From positions 6,396-70,395 of the IMG/VR virus record IMGVR_UViG_3300017750_000002: DNA of 64,000 nucleotides; one strand, written 5' to 3'. Below the pieces are notes generated by a model, which worked only from the letters and a program-made list of their open reading frames with translations, made no database searches and was not told the DNA's origin. Below, one piece after another: positions 11,090 to 21,615 of the stretch; the first letter of the stretch is position 1, and the number at the start of each line of letters is the position of its first letter. The position numbers and the translations under genes were made by a program. Origin of the DNA: a virus.

Positions 11090-11307
11090 GAACCGTTAGA
11101 CCAAAGTTTTGAAATCTTTGCGCTTTCTTCATCGACAGGTTCTTCTCCGCCAATTCTACGCTTAAGGAATGCTACAATGTTTGTGTTTGCTACGGATAGC
11201 ATACTGCAACATTCCCAACCTTCATCACCATAAGTATCTAATGTTTCAATTATTACCTTCGGGCCTTTCGTTATGTCAAAAACGACATATGTATTTTCGT
11301 ACTTCAT
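11086..11307 (-). CDS. DUF4177-like small protein
   Basis: KYE...LDTYGDEGWE...FLKR pattern. Confidence 0.6.
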   Translation of the reverse strand: MKYENTYVVFDITKGPKVIIETLDTYGDEGWECCSMLSVANTNIVAFLKRRIGGEEPVDEESAKISKLWSNGS

Positions 11308-12878
11308 TTATTCACTTCCTTTAGTTTAATGTAATTTGATTTTCCAATCTTCTTTATTTCAAAGTTCATTTGTACCTTATCTTTAAAGATTAAATTTGTC
11401 TGTGAGTTAGACTTCTGTATTACTTTACACATTTCAGCAATATACAGTTTTCTATTAACCCAGTTGTCTTCTGTCTTTTTAGCCATCTCTTCGTATTTAT
11501 CTTTAAATGGCTTTGCATTGAACAATGGCGAAGCCATTCGACGCTCCTTTAGGCTACGCTCAAGCCATTCTACCAATGACATATAACATTGTCGGGTAAT
11601 GGCCCCTGCTTGCCTAACATTTTGACCCGAAACTACAAACCTAGCCTCTTTGTTTTTAATATAAGGTGCTTGAGCAACTGCACACAATACTGCTAACTTT
11701 GATGTTGTAATATACAAACGGTTAATAAAGAGGTTTGCTACCTCTCTTACAAACAACCCACAATCGTTAATATAACCAACCATGTTTTCATATTCCAAAT
11801 CTAACAAATCACTAGCGGCATCAGTATATTCCATCATAGTACACTTGGTTTCAATCTCAGACTTTCCTTCCTTTAACATTTCTTCATATCTTTCTTGAAC
11901 CAAGTCATACATTTTAATAAACTCTTTTGAGAACTTATCCATTGGGCCTTGTCTATCCTTAAACTTACCAAACTTTTTGATTTTCTTCTTTCGTATGTTG
12001 TGTTGAACTGCTTCAGGAACTTCTCGAATATAACAAAGCATTCTTTGAAGCAATCCAGTTTCAGTCATAATCCTGTTCAATTCAGTAGGTGGATAAGTCA
12101 TAGCCAAAACAGAACGCTCTCCATAGGTTTCCACAATATCCCCTTCTTTCAATTGTTTCTTCATTACCCAAGATTCTCCATGTAATGTGTTCAACATAGT
12201 ATTCAAAAATACAACCATGTCTACTTGATGTGAATTAGGGCTAAAGATACCGGAACGCTCGAATTCATCCCAGTGAGCCAATCCACTACCTTCTAAAGCA
12301 CCAGTCATTTTAACTGAAACCTTCTTTCCTGTAAGGCGAGAGTTTCCATTATCATCTGTCTCCATTTCATCTTGAAGTGCATAATGCCCAACAAGTGCGG
12401 CTGATGTTGCTACTTGAACAGAAAACACATCAAACTTCTTTCTTTCGTAATGAGTGAGAGGATTACCATCAGCATCCTTTTGCACATTTCCATTCTCATC
12501 AAGTAGCGGAACTTCCGTATTCATATTATATGGGTGTTTATTCTTTTCATTTATCTTTTCAAAAACTGCTCTTGCTATCGGTTGTACGAAGTTAGATAAA
12601 GTCGTTTTACCTGTACCTGAAGTTTGAATATGCAAGAAGTGAATTCTTGAATCTTCGTATTCCTCTTCAAAGGGAACAGCAATAAAGTCTTTACATAATT
12701 GTCCTAGAATAGTAAAGAAACTAATTACAGCAGGTGTTTCATTAAAGTGCGAAATATCCATCGCTGACTTTTGAAACTGCCGAACAACCGCCGGTAAGTT
12801 TTGTTGGAAGACAGCACTTGCTTGTTGATAGTCTTCAAAGATTTCATTTTCATATTCTTCATCATATTCATTATTCAT
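11304..12878 (-). CDS. MCM-like AAA+ replicative helicase
   Basis: Walker A SGTGKT, TSAALVG, GALE and Walker B WDEFE, in a replisome context. Confidence 0.7.
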   Translation of the reverse strand: MNNEYDEEYENEIFEDYQQASAVFQQNLPAVVRQFQKSAMDISHFNETPAVISFFTILGQLCKDFIAVPFEEEYEDSRIHFLHIQTSGTGKTTLSNFVQPIARAVFEKINEKNKHPYNMNTEVPLLDENGNVQKDADGNPLTHYERKKFDVFSVQVATSAALVGHYALQDEMETDDNGNSRLTGKKVSVKMTGALEGSGLAHWDEFERSGIFSPNSHQVDMVVFLNTMLNTLHGESWVMKKQLKEGDIVETYGERSVLAMTYPPTELNRIMTETGLLQRMLCYIREVPEAVQHNIRKKKIKKFGKFKDRQGPMDKFSKEFIKMYDLVQERYEEMLKEGKSEIETKCTMMEYTDAASDLLDLEYENMVGYINDCGLFVREVANLFINRLYITTSKLAVLCAVAQAPYIKNKEARFVVSGQNVRQAGAITRQCYMSLVEWLERSLKERRMASPLFNAKPFKDKYEEMAKKTEDNWVNRKLYIAEMCKVIQKSNSQTNLIFKDKVQMNFEIKKIGKSNYIKLKEVNK

Positions 12879-13570
12879 ATTTTCACCTTCTTTTCAGAAT
12901 TTAGAGTATTTAAAATTCGTGAAGCCAATACTTGACCCACTCCATCGAGGTACTGCAATTCCTCTTCTGTTTGTTCTCCTATTTCCATAATGGAACCATA
13001 TTCTTTAATTAAGAGTTTGGCTTTTTTAATTGATACTCCTTTAATACTTGTGAGAACATCAAGTCTTAAATCATCAGTAGTTACTCTTTTAAATACTTCT
13101 GGCCGTATAACATCTCTTTGTATTGGTTTCATTTTGCATATTGCAGTAATGATTAAGGATGCTTCTTCTTCTGTTGGAACCCAAAAAGCCTTTACATCTG
13201 TATCTAATGTAATTCTTCCCACTGCTCCTAAGAATTTATTATTTAACATTATGCTTCTTGCAGGTTCTTGTATATTTGACTTTGAGTATTTCTTTACATT
13301 AAAGATAGCCTCTTCAATTGTACCGTAAATAATAACTACATTTGTTTTGTAGTGTCTATCCATGTTGTCTATCTGTGTCCAAAGTCTTTTACTGATTACT
13401 GAACCCAAGAAATCAGTCGTTGATTTTGCTTCAAAACAAACATCATCAAAAACATAATCGCCTATTTCAAGCCACTTCTTTTCACATTGGATATTAAGGG
13501 CTTTCGCTTTGCTCTCAACTAGTTTAACTAGCCTAGAGCCTTCTTTTTCTCTACTGTCTATAATTAACAT
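12875..13570 (-). CDS. ERCC4/XPF-family nuclease with C-terminal HhH
   Basis: IDSRE, GDY and EAKS motifs; HhH segments IKGVS and LDGVG. Confidence 0.88.
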   Translation of the reverse strand: MLIIDSREKEGSRLVKLVESKAKALNIQCEKKWLEIGDYVFDDVCFEAKSTTDFLGSVISKRLWTQIDNMDRHYKTNVVIIYGTIEEAIFNVKKYSKSNIQEPARSIMLNNKFLGAVGRITLDTDVKAFWVPTEEEASLIITAICKMKPIQRDVIRPEVFKRVTTDDLRLDVLTSIKGVSIKKAKLLIKEYGSIMEIGEQTEEELQYLDGVGQVLASRILNTLNSEKKVKI

Positions 13571-13571
13571 A

Positions 13572-14645
13572 TTAGTCCTCCTTGTCTAAAAAGGTCGGGT
13601 ATCGCCAACACTTCCCCACGCAATACCCATCGGGGATTAGCACAGTTTTACAGAATGGTGTTTTATAATTACCAAATACTGTAAATCGTGCATGTTTTCT
13701 TGTTTCATGTTCATTCCAGTCTAACCAAATTTCTTCATTGTTTTCTACTAACTCTTTAATTTCATTTACAATTATATTCAATACTTTTTGTTTTTCTTCT
13801 GTTGTTATTAATTTTCTTCTTTGTGTCAATAAGTCTCTATACCAAGAAACAAGGTATGCTCTTGCCATATGCGAGGGATTCTCTACCATGATAGCACTAT
13901 GCAAACAAGGTAGTATTGGTAATTTACCACTGTATTCGGGTACAGAAATCTCACCTGCAACCGCTTCAATAGGGGGTGCGATGGGAAACTTGACCCTGTT
14001 TTTGCCACCCTTTTGGAAAGGGATAAGGCGCATACTTGATGCTAAAGAAAGAATATGGCTTACATCATTTGATAGGTCTTCTTCAAGCAAAGGTATGCAA
14101 TAATAAGGATTACCGTTCTCATCTGATGAAGACATATTTACAGTATTAGGTACTCTTCTCAATCTTGTTGATTGTCCTACCCTATCATCAAGAGTAATGT
14201 CTTTACCAACTTTAGAAATTAAATAGTTTTTTATTTCCCTAAAAAAGAATTGAATACTTCTCATATCTTCTGCGGGTTCTCCGAAAATAAACATATGAAA
14301 ACCACGACCTGAGAAAAATAATGTATATTCAAATTCTTGTTCTAGTACCATTTCCATAACTACTTTAACATCTCGATATGCTTTCTCAATCTTTTCGCCA
14401 TGAGCATCAAAATCTAAAAAGATTCTATCTAATATTACAGACGAATCAATTTTAGCCCTTTCCGAAAAGTGCTCAAAATCATAGACTGTTGTATATACAT
14501 TTGTTCTATTGTTTTGAGCATTAACGAACTCGGCATAATCATTCCTCGATAAGACTACTTTTCTTTTCATTTGCGGTGCGTTCTTTATGTGGCTCCCCGC
14601 CCATACTTCCCTCGGATATTTCATTTTCATTACCTCCAAAATCAA
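13572..14645 (-). CDS. Archaeo-eukaryotic primase, PriS fused to a PriL-like Cys-containing C-terminal domain
   Basis: LDFD, SGRGFH and RLRRVPNT motifs; C-terminal LPC...PFC...YCVGKC. Confidence 0.85.
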   Translation of the reverse strand: MILEVMKMKYPREVWAGSHIKNAPQMKRKVVLSRNDYAEFVNAQNNRTNVYTTVYDFEHFSERAKIDSSVILDRIFLDFDAHGEKIEKAYRDVKVVMEMVLEQEFEYTLFFSGRGFHMFIFGEPAEDMRSIQFFFREIKNYLISKVGKDITLDDRVGQSTRLRRVPNTVNMSSSDENGNPYYCIPLLEEDLSNDVSHILSLASSMRLIPFQKGGKNRVKFPIAPPIEAVAGEISVPEYSGKLPILPCLHSAIMVENPSHMARAYLVSWYRDLLTQRRKLITTEEKQKVLNIIVNEIKELVENNEEIWLDWNEHETRKHARFTVFGNYKTPFCKTVLIPDGYCVGKCWRYPTFLDKED

Positions 14646-14913
14646 CTGTTGCTGTGTTCAGCATTATTCTAATTACTCCGGCAATTTCACCGGAGAGTTT
14701 TGTTTTTATTGCATTTCGCATAACATCTTCAAATGTATGCCCAACGAAACCTTCGTTTATTTTTATTTCTCGGATTAAGTCAAATCTCTCACTGAGTTTC
14801 GACTCGCTATAAATTTCATTAGCGAGCGAGTCTATGGTTTGTTTGAGATTAGATATTTCTGAGAATGTCCAAGACCTTGCTAATACTTTTAATTTGATTA
14901 TCTCACTGTTCAT
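14539..14913 (-). CDS. Hypothetical protein
   Basis: ORF within a coupled operon; its 3' end overlaps the primase start. Confidence 0.5.
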   Translation of the reverse strand: MNSEIIKLKVLARSWTFSEISNLKQTIDSLANEIYSESKLSERFDLIREIKINEGFVGHTFEDVMRNAIKTKLSGEIAGVIRIMLNTATVDFGGNENEISEGSMGGEPHKERTANEKKSSLIEE

Positions 14914-15041
14914 ATTTAATCGCCTCGAATCTATTTAGAAGGGCTTCTGCATATCCCTTTACATCATCGTCATATCTACCAAGATGTAATAGAATAGTTA
15001 TAGCGTCTTCTGCAATTTTATACATATTGTCAGACATAATA

Positions 15042-15971
15042 TCAAACCCATGTGTCTTCTTGTGCCGCATCACAAATCCCAAAGAAACTACAAAAAGAAC
15101 AAGTCTTATAATAGAATTTAGTAGGAAATTGCTTCATTTCATAAGCCCTTAGTAATTTTGCTATGCTATACATAACAGAAGTCATTGACCTCTTTTTAAC
15201 TTCCTGTGCAAAGACATAGTTTGATACAGGATAATACCAACCCCAATGAGTTACAGGTATGTTCGGGTCAAGACCATTCTTAATCAAGACTTCGGGTTCT
15301 GCGTTTTCGATAAGCAATTGATAAAAAGCCATCTCTTTACGCATCATTCCTGCTTTATAATCTTTCCACGGACCTGTTTTAAATTCAAAAGGAACATAGC
15401 CACCGTTTTCTAGGAAGATTCTATCAATGATTCCTTGAATATGAATCTTATAATCCCTTTGCAAAGTAAAAGGTTCATACCCAAGTGAAGCATCACCCTT
15501 GTATGGGCCTTGAGGAATGGTTATTTCCGCATCAAATTTACCTTCATTACAGACAGGTAGATATTCTTCTGTCTTATTTTCTGTTCGGGCTTCCAAATAC
15601 CTGTTTGTTTCAAACGATGCTATGTTTAGTGAAATATCATAGTATTCATCAACGGGTGTTAAAGCAACTACATACTCTTCAATTTCACTAGCACTCATAC
15701 TTTCTGCCTTCTTAATATCAAACTCATTGAAAAAGTCTTCTCTATGGTTGTGTAAAACTGTACCTTTACGCATAGCCTCGCTTTGGTCTTGAGGCAAACG
15801 CTGGATATAAGAAAAGTCATACTTTTTATTGCACCAATCAAAAGAGCCAAGAGAAGACTTGGTTATTTTCAAGATAGGCTTAGACGGGTCATCATAATTC
15901 TCCGGCTTCCAATCATAGGTAAATTCGCTCATAGCGGAAATCACCGCTTCATATTTTTCATCGTCATTCAT
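15042..15971 (-). CDS. Cas4-like PD-(D/E)xK exonuclease
   Basis: N-terminal Cys, GTVLH, GIIDR, EFKTG and C-terminal CSFC...IC cluster ligands. Confidence 0.85.
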   Translation of the reverse strand: MNDDEKYEAVISAMSEFTYDWKPENYDDPSKPILKITKSSLGSFDWCNKKYDFSYIQRLPQDQSEAMRKGTVLHNHREDFFNEFDIKKAESMSASEIEEYVVALTPVDEYYDISLNIASFETNRYLEARTENKTEEYLPVCNEGKFDAEITIPQGPYKGDASLGYEPFTLQRDYKIHIQGIIDRIFLENGGYVPFEFKTGPWKDYKAGMMRKEMAFYQLLIENAEPEVLIKNGLDPNIPVTHWGWYYPVSNYVFAQEVKKRSMTSVMYSIAKLLRAYEMKQFPTKFYYKTCSFCSFFGICDAAQEDTWV

Positions 15972-16856
15972 TTAAAACCACTCATCCAATTTTTTCTGTA
16001 TTTTTCCTGTTCTTATGCTTGATAAGTCCCAATTCATCGCTCGATAAATCGGTTCAGCCTTTTTCAAGACCTGTTGTGCGTAGTGTTCCCAATCCGGTTC
16101 ATAATTATTGAAGTCTTCATAGGTTGTGCCGGAAATGTATTCCACCGACTTTTGTTCCTTCGTTAGTGGGTTGATAAAGGTATCGTTATGATTAACTTTG
16201 AGAAATAAATATGAATCGTCAAATGTCATATTTAATTTTTGATGAGCGTATAAAACGCCAGCAATTCCCGAACCCACACTTGGTCGTTTTCCTTGTAAAG
16301 TCACAAACTTACTTGTTTCAGTGCCGCACCTTGAACACCATTTAATATCCAAGCATTCATACAATCCATACTTTGAATTGCATTCATTACACTTAACAGT
16401 AAATCTTTCACTTTTCAATCTACTTCTCTTTACTAAAGAAGAAATTGGTATTTCTTTTTTCAACACTGATGAATAGATAGCAAACAAAGAAGCGTTTATC
16501 TTTTCTATGGATTCTTGATTAACCCACTTCTTCAATACTCCTGTTTGTATCTCTTTAGCAAAAGGAGTTTCGCTCACTCTTTTGGCAGTAAAGCCAGTCA
16601 TTGTGAACTTAGGTTTATCTAACCATTCTCCATCATCCCAAGTAATCATACCTGCGTTTCTGTTTTTTGTTGTTCCTACACCTAATGCGGAGTAATACTT
16701 TTCAAATTCCAGCACTACGGGGTGTTGCTCTAAACCCATCACATTAGGGAAGTGTTCTCTAACAGAAGACTCTATTTCTTTAATAGCCTTCTGTGCTGTT
16801 TCAACAGAATCTATTTGAACATAGATTGAATCTGTATGCCCATAAACTACCTTCAT
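15972..16856 (-). CDS. polB: Family B DNA polymerase, C-terminal part (motif C and thumb) of a split gene
   Basis: Starts MKVVYGHTDSIY; contains LEFEK, KNRNAG, a CxxC insert and YAQQVLKKAEPI; ends in a PIP-box-like QKKLDEWF. Confidence 0.9.
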   Translation of the reverse strand: MKVVYGHTDSIYVQIDSVETAQKAIKEIESSVREHFPNVMGLEQHPVVLEFEKYYSALGVGTTKNRNAGMITWDDGEWLDKPKFTMTGFTAKRVSETPFAKEIQTGVLKKWVNQESIEKINASLFAIYSSVLKKEIPISSLVKRSRLKSERFTVKCNECNSKYGLYECLDIKWCSRCGTETSKFVTLQGKRPSVGSGIAGVLYAHQKLNMTFDDSYLFLKVNHNDTFINPLTKEQKSVEYISGTTYEDFNNYEPDWEHYAQQVLKKAEPIYRAMNWDLSSIRTGKIQKKLDEWF

Positions 16857-17959
16857 CCACTTCTCTCCCAAACTGATTGCTCTTTTTCTTTTAGCAACTT
16901 TTCTTGATGTTCATTATATGCGTCTATTCTCCACTGCATATATTTCATATTTTTACTGGGTAGTTTTGGTAGTTTTGTTAAATCGGGTCGCTTAATTTCA
17001 GGTAGTAGGAAACAACTTACTATCCATTTTTTGATTTTAATCCATGCTCCACTGTGTCGAAGACCGTGTTCTGTTAAATCTAATATATATTTATTCATAT
17101 TATCAACCCAAGTAATAAGTGAACTTAGAAGCCGGAGCGTCATGTTGTTCTTGTAATTCTTGGATTGCTTTATACATCTTAACAAGATGTTCATTCTCCT
17201 TATACAAGGATTCAATCTCCGCTTCTAGCATCTTAATTTTCTTTTCCATTTGTTTCATTCCTATTTCTTTCATAGTATCACCGTCACTATTGTTATAATG
17301 GTTGCTATGTTCACGATATTTACCATCATTAATATCTTGTTTGATTTTGCTATCATAGCCAGCAATTCTTCTAGCAGTTCATTCGTTTTGTCCATCATCA
17401 TTATTAACACCTTGTTCAATTTCAACAATGATAGCATTACGCTTTAAATTGTTCATCATCTGGAGAATTTCCTTTACTTCTTGTATAGTCAATTCCCAAG
17501 TCTCTTCGGTATCATAAGATACCTTTACAGTCACAAATTTAGTTCTCATCTTTCTTCCTCCAGTATTTGTTTTCTTTTCCAATCCTTTCGGTATTACAAA
17601 TTTGATTTAGATAGAACCCAACAGACCAAGCGTTAGTAATGAAATGACTGTTCTTTGTTCTCATGTCTATTACTTTTTGGTGGATTACCTTTGCCGTAAA
17701 TGGCTCCGGCTCATTAACAATTGCTTGTTCAATCCACCTTTTCATATTACTATTTAATCGTGTCATTTTATTTCCTCCTGTAAGTTCCATCGGAAACCCT
17801 TCTAGCATGTCTTTTACAATAGTGTGCAAACTGCGTTCGATTTCCAATGTAAAGGCTATTTCCTTTCTTTGCGACTATTGCACCTCTAATTTCATCGAGA
17901 GTAAATTCTCCTTTGAAAGTTGCCATCGCTTCTAATATCCATCTTTCAATTAATTTCAT
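16853..17959 (-). other. Six small translationally coupled ORFs between the two polB halves
   Basis: Approximate spans 17768-17959, 17539-17766, 17379-17549, about 17270-17398 (TM-like), about 17100-17273 and 16853-17098. All are on the minus strand with overlapping or adjacent starts and stops. Confidence 0.65.
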
Positions 17960-18062
17960 TCTTCTTCACCTGTTATTTCTTTTATTATTCTTTCGGCTTC
18001 ACACAATTTACAGTGAATCCTCGCCTCAAATTGAGGGTTATGTTTTATTGGTTTTATACATT

Positions 18063-19757
18063 TCATATTTTCATCTCCTTTGCTTTGAATGCCGCTAATC
18101 TAATTGCTTCTCTTGCGCTTGCTGTAATGCTTGCGGCCAAATTAACATCAGCCCAACCAAATCCTTGAAAGGCAACAATGCCATAAAAAGATGCCATTAA
18201 ACGCTTTACAGCCATTTGATTGTTATGCCACTTAACTGCTTCTAAATCATCTCCGGCTTCCCTTGCATCTCGCATAAGTCGCTTATATTCATTTCGCAAC
18301 TCTTTCAATTCAAGAACTGCTCTTGGCAACAAGCCTAATTTATCTGTTTTGTAGTAAAGCATATGAGTTCTTGTCGCTTCGCTAAAGTCTCTTGGTGTAG
18401 CAATATCACAACCAAATTCAGTAGGTTCTTCACTTTTAGTTTCCCATGAAATATTGCGAGCAATCATCATTGATGGGTACAATCCAGCAAAATCAAAAGC
18501 GGCTACTTTAAGATGTAGTCCGTTTGTTCCTTCACTAAGCGGGTCGTAAATCATAGCACCTTCGTATTCTTCTCTTTTATCCACTTTACTTCCAGTCTTA
18601 CAAATCCAATCTGCATGACGCATAAAGTAAATAGAACCCATATGACTTGCATAAAAACACGCTTCAAAGGGTGCTTTAAGTAATCTTTGTAATGCAATAA
18701 TAGCCTCACTACAAAAGTTTGTTTCATCTATTCTTACAAGCAATTCAACATCTATTAAAGCATATTTCAAATACGCTTCTGTGTCTTCAAGCCAACCCCT
18801 GCGATAAAATTCATTCGGGTCTTCAAACTTAGTTTCTTTTGATTTACCTTCACCGAATAAAGTCTGTGAAACATATTCAAGACTCATTGAGGGTAATGTT
18901 CCTCTTTGTGAATCATTCCACTGACGCTCAAAAGCAAGGTCTAAATTGAGGGTTATGCGGCCCCCTAACGGCTGTTGTATGGGAGAGAACCCGATTTCAC
19001 CCTTAGAGAAAACAAAGCCATTACCAGCCTTCTTTACGCCTTCTATGCGGTTAATTGGTGACATGAGCATGGGATTAATCCCCAACGCACAACACCTTTC
19101 AAGTAGTTTAGGTAAATCGAATTTAAGGCCAAACCATGCAATTAACATATCTGGGTCTTTGTCTACCATAACTCGAATAAATGATTCAATCATTTCTTTT
19201 TCAGTATTAAACCACTTAGTTTGAAACTCATGTATAGTTTTACCCGAAACCTGATGGTCAGTAATATTAGGTTCTAATCCTTTAGGAAACCATACCCATT
19301 GATAATATTTTTTATCATAATTATCATAAACAACTATGACAGTAATTTCATCATGGTGTTCTCCACCTTGTTGCCATTCCATATCCCAATACCACTTTCG
19401 CAGTTTAAATTCGGGTAGTTCGTCTAACTTATCAATAGCATATCTAAAACCAAAAGGTACATCTGCTTCGTAAGTTTTACCAAACATTTTACGAGCCTTG
19501 TAAATATCATTGGCTTGTTCAACAATAACTTTCTTCAATGGTTTCCCTTTCAAAGAAACCCAATCGCCCTTTTCATATTTGAATGGTCGCTTTATATGCC
19601 TACTTGCGGAATACTGATTAAATTCAAATTCATCATCTTCAATAAAGAAGTATGGTTCAAATGCTTCCAGTTTGAATTTGCGTTCTCCGTTTTCTCTCCA
19701 TGCTGTGTATATGTGTTTTTCATCTATGCATTTACTAATTATCATTTTAATTACCAC
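18063..19757 (-). CDS. polB: Family B DNA polymerase, N-terminal part (exonuclease, motifs A and B)
   Basis: WDME, KFDLP and YALID (Exo); DFAGLYPS (motif A); KRLMASFYG (motif B); ends after ITASARE. Confidence 0.92.
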   Translation of the reverse strand: MVIKMIISKCIDEKHIYTAWRENGERKFKLEAFEPYFFIEDDEFEFNQYSASRHIKRPFKYEKGDWVSLKGKPLKKVIVEQANDIYKARKMFGKTYEADVPFGFRYAIDKLDELPEFKLRKWYWDMEWQQGGEHHDEITVIVVYDNYDKKYYQWVWFPKGLEPNITDHQVSGKTIHEFQTKWFNTEKEMIESFIRVMVDKDPDMLIAWFGLKFDLPKLLERCCALGINPMLMSPINRIEGVKKAGNGFVFSKGEIGFSPIQQPLGGRITLNLDLAFERQWNDSQRGTLPSMSLEYVSQTLFGEGKSKETKFEDPNEFYRRGWLEDTEAYLKYALIDVELLVRIDETNFCSEAIIALQRLLKAPFEACFYASHMGSIYFMRHADWICKTGSKVDKREEYEGAMIYDPLSEGTNGLHLKVAAFDFAGLYPSMMIARNISWETKSEEPTEFGCDIATPRDFSEATRTHMLYYKTDKLGLLPRAVLELKELRNEYKRLMRDAREAGDDLEAVKWHNNQMAVKRLMASFYGIVAFQGFGWADVNLAASITASAREAIRLAAFKAKEMKI

Positions 19758-20514
19758 CAGTATATGGTGCTTTCAATATTTTTCTGTCGTTGGCTACAAT
19801 GAGCAAAGGGAACTCATCTTTAACATAAAAGTTAAGTTCTTGTCCTTTCTCAAAGAATCTGTGTAATGGGCCGGAGTATTCTAATGTCGCCGCTTCACCG
19901 ATATGTGATTCCACTTCAATCTTCTCTTCATATTTGTTAGAAACATTTGCTGTGCTTGAGAAGGTTAGTTCACCTTCTTCAAAGTTCAACTTGAATACTC
20001 CACTCTTAACTAATTCACAAAGACTGATTGCTTCATCAAAAACATCGCTACTTAATTTAAACGCCCCTTCAAACTTAGAAGAACCAAAAGACCATAGTTT
20101 ATCTAATTCCTCTTCATAAGAAATGTGCTTAACCATTTCACTAATGCGGGTGATTGCCGTCATGTTTGGATGATTTACAATCATAGGCAAAGAAGCAACT
20201 TTACTTCCCGACGAAAGTTTCAGAAAGTCACCAATCTCAAAACTAACATCATCTCCGAACTTTTTGAGGTATGGGATTATTAGTCCAGCATCACCAATAA
20301 AAGCACCGTTTGTAATGCCAACGACCTCTAATGTAATGTTCATACTAAAGGTCAAATCACCATTCCAAATTTCAAGAGTATTGCCTTGAAGACTCATGTA
20401 AAAGTAAGTTCCCATCTTTGATGAACCAAGTCCACCATTTCCGATATACTTTCCTTTACCTTGAATGTCTGTCAATGCTTTCTCCATGCTTTTGTTATTT
20501 ACTACGAATTTCAA
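19747..20514 (-). CDS. pcn: PCNA-like sliding clamp
   Basis: 255 aa, clamp-like two-domain pattern ending PLLI...ILKAP; adjacent to polB and near RFC. Confidence 0.7.
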   Translation of the reverse strand: MKFVVNNKSMEKALTDIQGKGKYIGNGGLGSSKMGTYFYMSLQGNTLEIWNGDLTFSMNITLEVVGITNGAFIGDAGLIIPYLKKFGDDVSFEIGDFLKLSSGSKVASLPMIVNHPNMTAITRISEMVKHISYEEELDKLWSFGSSKFEGAFKLSSDVFDEAISLCELVKSGVFKLNFEEGELTFSSTANVSNKYEEKIEVESHIGEAATLEYSGPLHRFFEKGQELNFYVKDEFPLLIVANDRKILKAPYTGGN

Positions 20515-21284
20515 ATCTTACCCTCCCTTAATTCAGGAACACCGTTCCATTGAATATTAGGGGGAGTTCCTTCTCGCACAGTCCATTTATTTCCTACCAA
20601 ATTACCGTTGGTTCGTGAACCAATCAATTCAGCAGTAAAATGCAACTCGTTCTTTACCTTCTTCTTTGAGCAGTAAATCTCTTGTTCAAGTTTTCCGCCC
20701 CAATCTTTCCAAGCAGGTTGAACACCAACAGGGGTATTATCAACATACTTTTCTGTTTCGTGAGTAATGTAAATTACATCACAATTCAATTGGTAAATTG
20801 CTTCCAATAGGAAATAGAAAGTCTTGTTTCTATTACCATACTGAAACGGCATAATCTTTGTCACAACTCTTGGGTTAGGATTAACCTTTAGAATACAACT
20901 ATCAAGCCAAGTATCAACACCATCCATAACGAATACAATGTCTTCACCTGCTTCCATTTGTTCTTTAGCAAAGTTAATGAAGTCAAGAGAGTTTTGTTCG
21001 CTCTTGTCAATATCCATAATGTTATCCTTTCGCATTACAATAGGACAATATACATTGATTCGTTCTGTTGCATCATGGTGTTCAAACCAAGTTGATTCAA
21101 CACCTCTATCCCAATCAAGAACATAAATATTCTTATCGGGGAAGTCCAATGCAATTCCGGTTTTTCCGGTCTTGGGTTCTCCCCAAATACCTAATACCAT
21201 TCGTGCTTTTCGTTGCGCTCTTTTTTGAGCCATCAATTCTTTAAAATTCGTTTTTTCTTTCTTAGTCCCTAGCAAGCCAATCAC
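20511..21284 (-). CDS. RecA-superfamily/Sak4-like P-loop ATPase
   Basis: GEPKTGKT, LDWDRG, VMDG and YITHE motifs. Confidence 0.75.
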   Translation of the reverse strand: MIGLLGTKKEKTNFKELMAQKRAQRKARMVLGIWGEPKTGKTGIALDFPDKNIYVLDWDRGVESTWFEHHDATERINVYCPIVMRKDNIMDIDKSEQNSLDFINFAKEQMEAGEDIVFVMDGVDTWLDSCILKVNPNPRVVTKIMPFQYGNRNKTFYFLLEAIYQLNCDVIYITHETEKYVDNTPVGVQPAWKDWGGKLEQEIYCSKKKVKNELHFTAELIGSRTNGNLVGNKWTVREGTPPNIQWNGVPELREGKI

Positions 21285-21528
21285 CTATATCATTTTCATT
21301 TATATCTACATTTTTACCATTTGCTTGACACCATGCTTTAATGATGCCGAGTAATTCTTTCTTTGATGAACAGACAAACCTCGTTTCTTTTGTTCCAATG
21401 TGGAACTTAACAAAATAAGTTTCTGCTATCTTATCGTTCTCATTCCAAGTGAGAAAATCAACCTTTTGCAAATCTGCAATATAACTTTCTCCTTTTAGAA
21501 TGAACTTATTTTCAATTATATCATTCAT
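21262..21528 (-). CDS. Hypothetical protein
   Basis: Likely start MNDIIE, following a GGAGG RBS. Confidence 0.55.
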   Translation of the reverse strand: MNDIIENKFILKGESYIADLQKVDFLTWNENDKIAETYFVKFHIGTKETRFVCSSKKELLGIIKAWCQANGKNVDINENDIGDWLARD

Positions 21529-21615
21529 TTTTTTTCCTCCTTTTAGGATGGGCTTCGCACCCATTCGACCTACATTCATTGGAATTAGATTACACACGCA
21601 CAAAGTATTTTACTT

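Noticed and set aside
13572-14645. PriS-PriL fusion and complete replisome as a novelty
   Set aside because: Expected for this virus group, so listed only as features.
16857-18062. Intein or group I intron interrupting polB
   Set aside because: No Cys/Ser...His-Asn intein ends and no recognisable intron core; the gap is filled by normal coupled ORFs.
19747-19770. PCNA ends ...TGGN, possibly a cleavable Ubl-like GG end
   Set aside because: The GG codons coincide with the GGTGGT RBS-like sequence of polB, and the protein is clamp-like, not beta-grasp.
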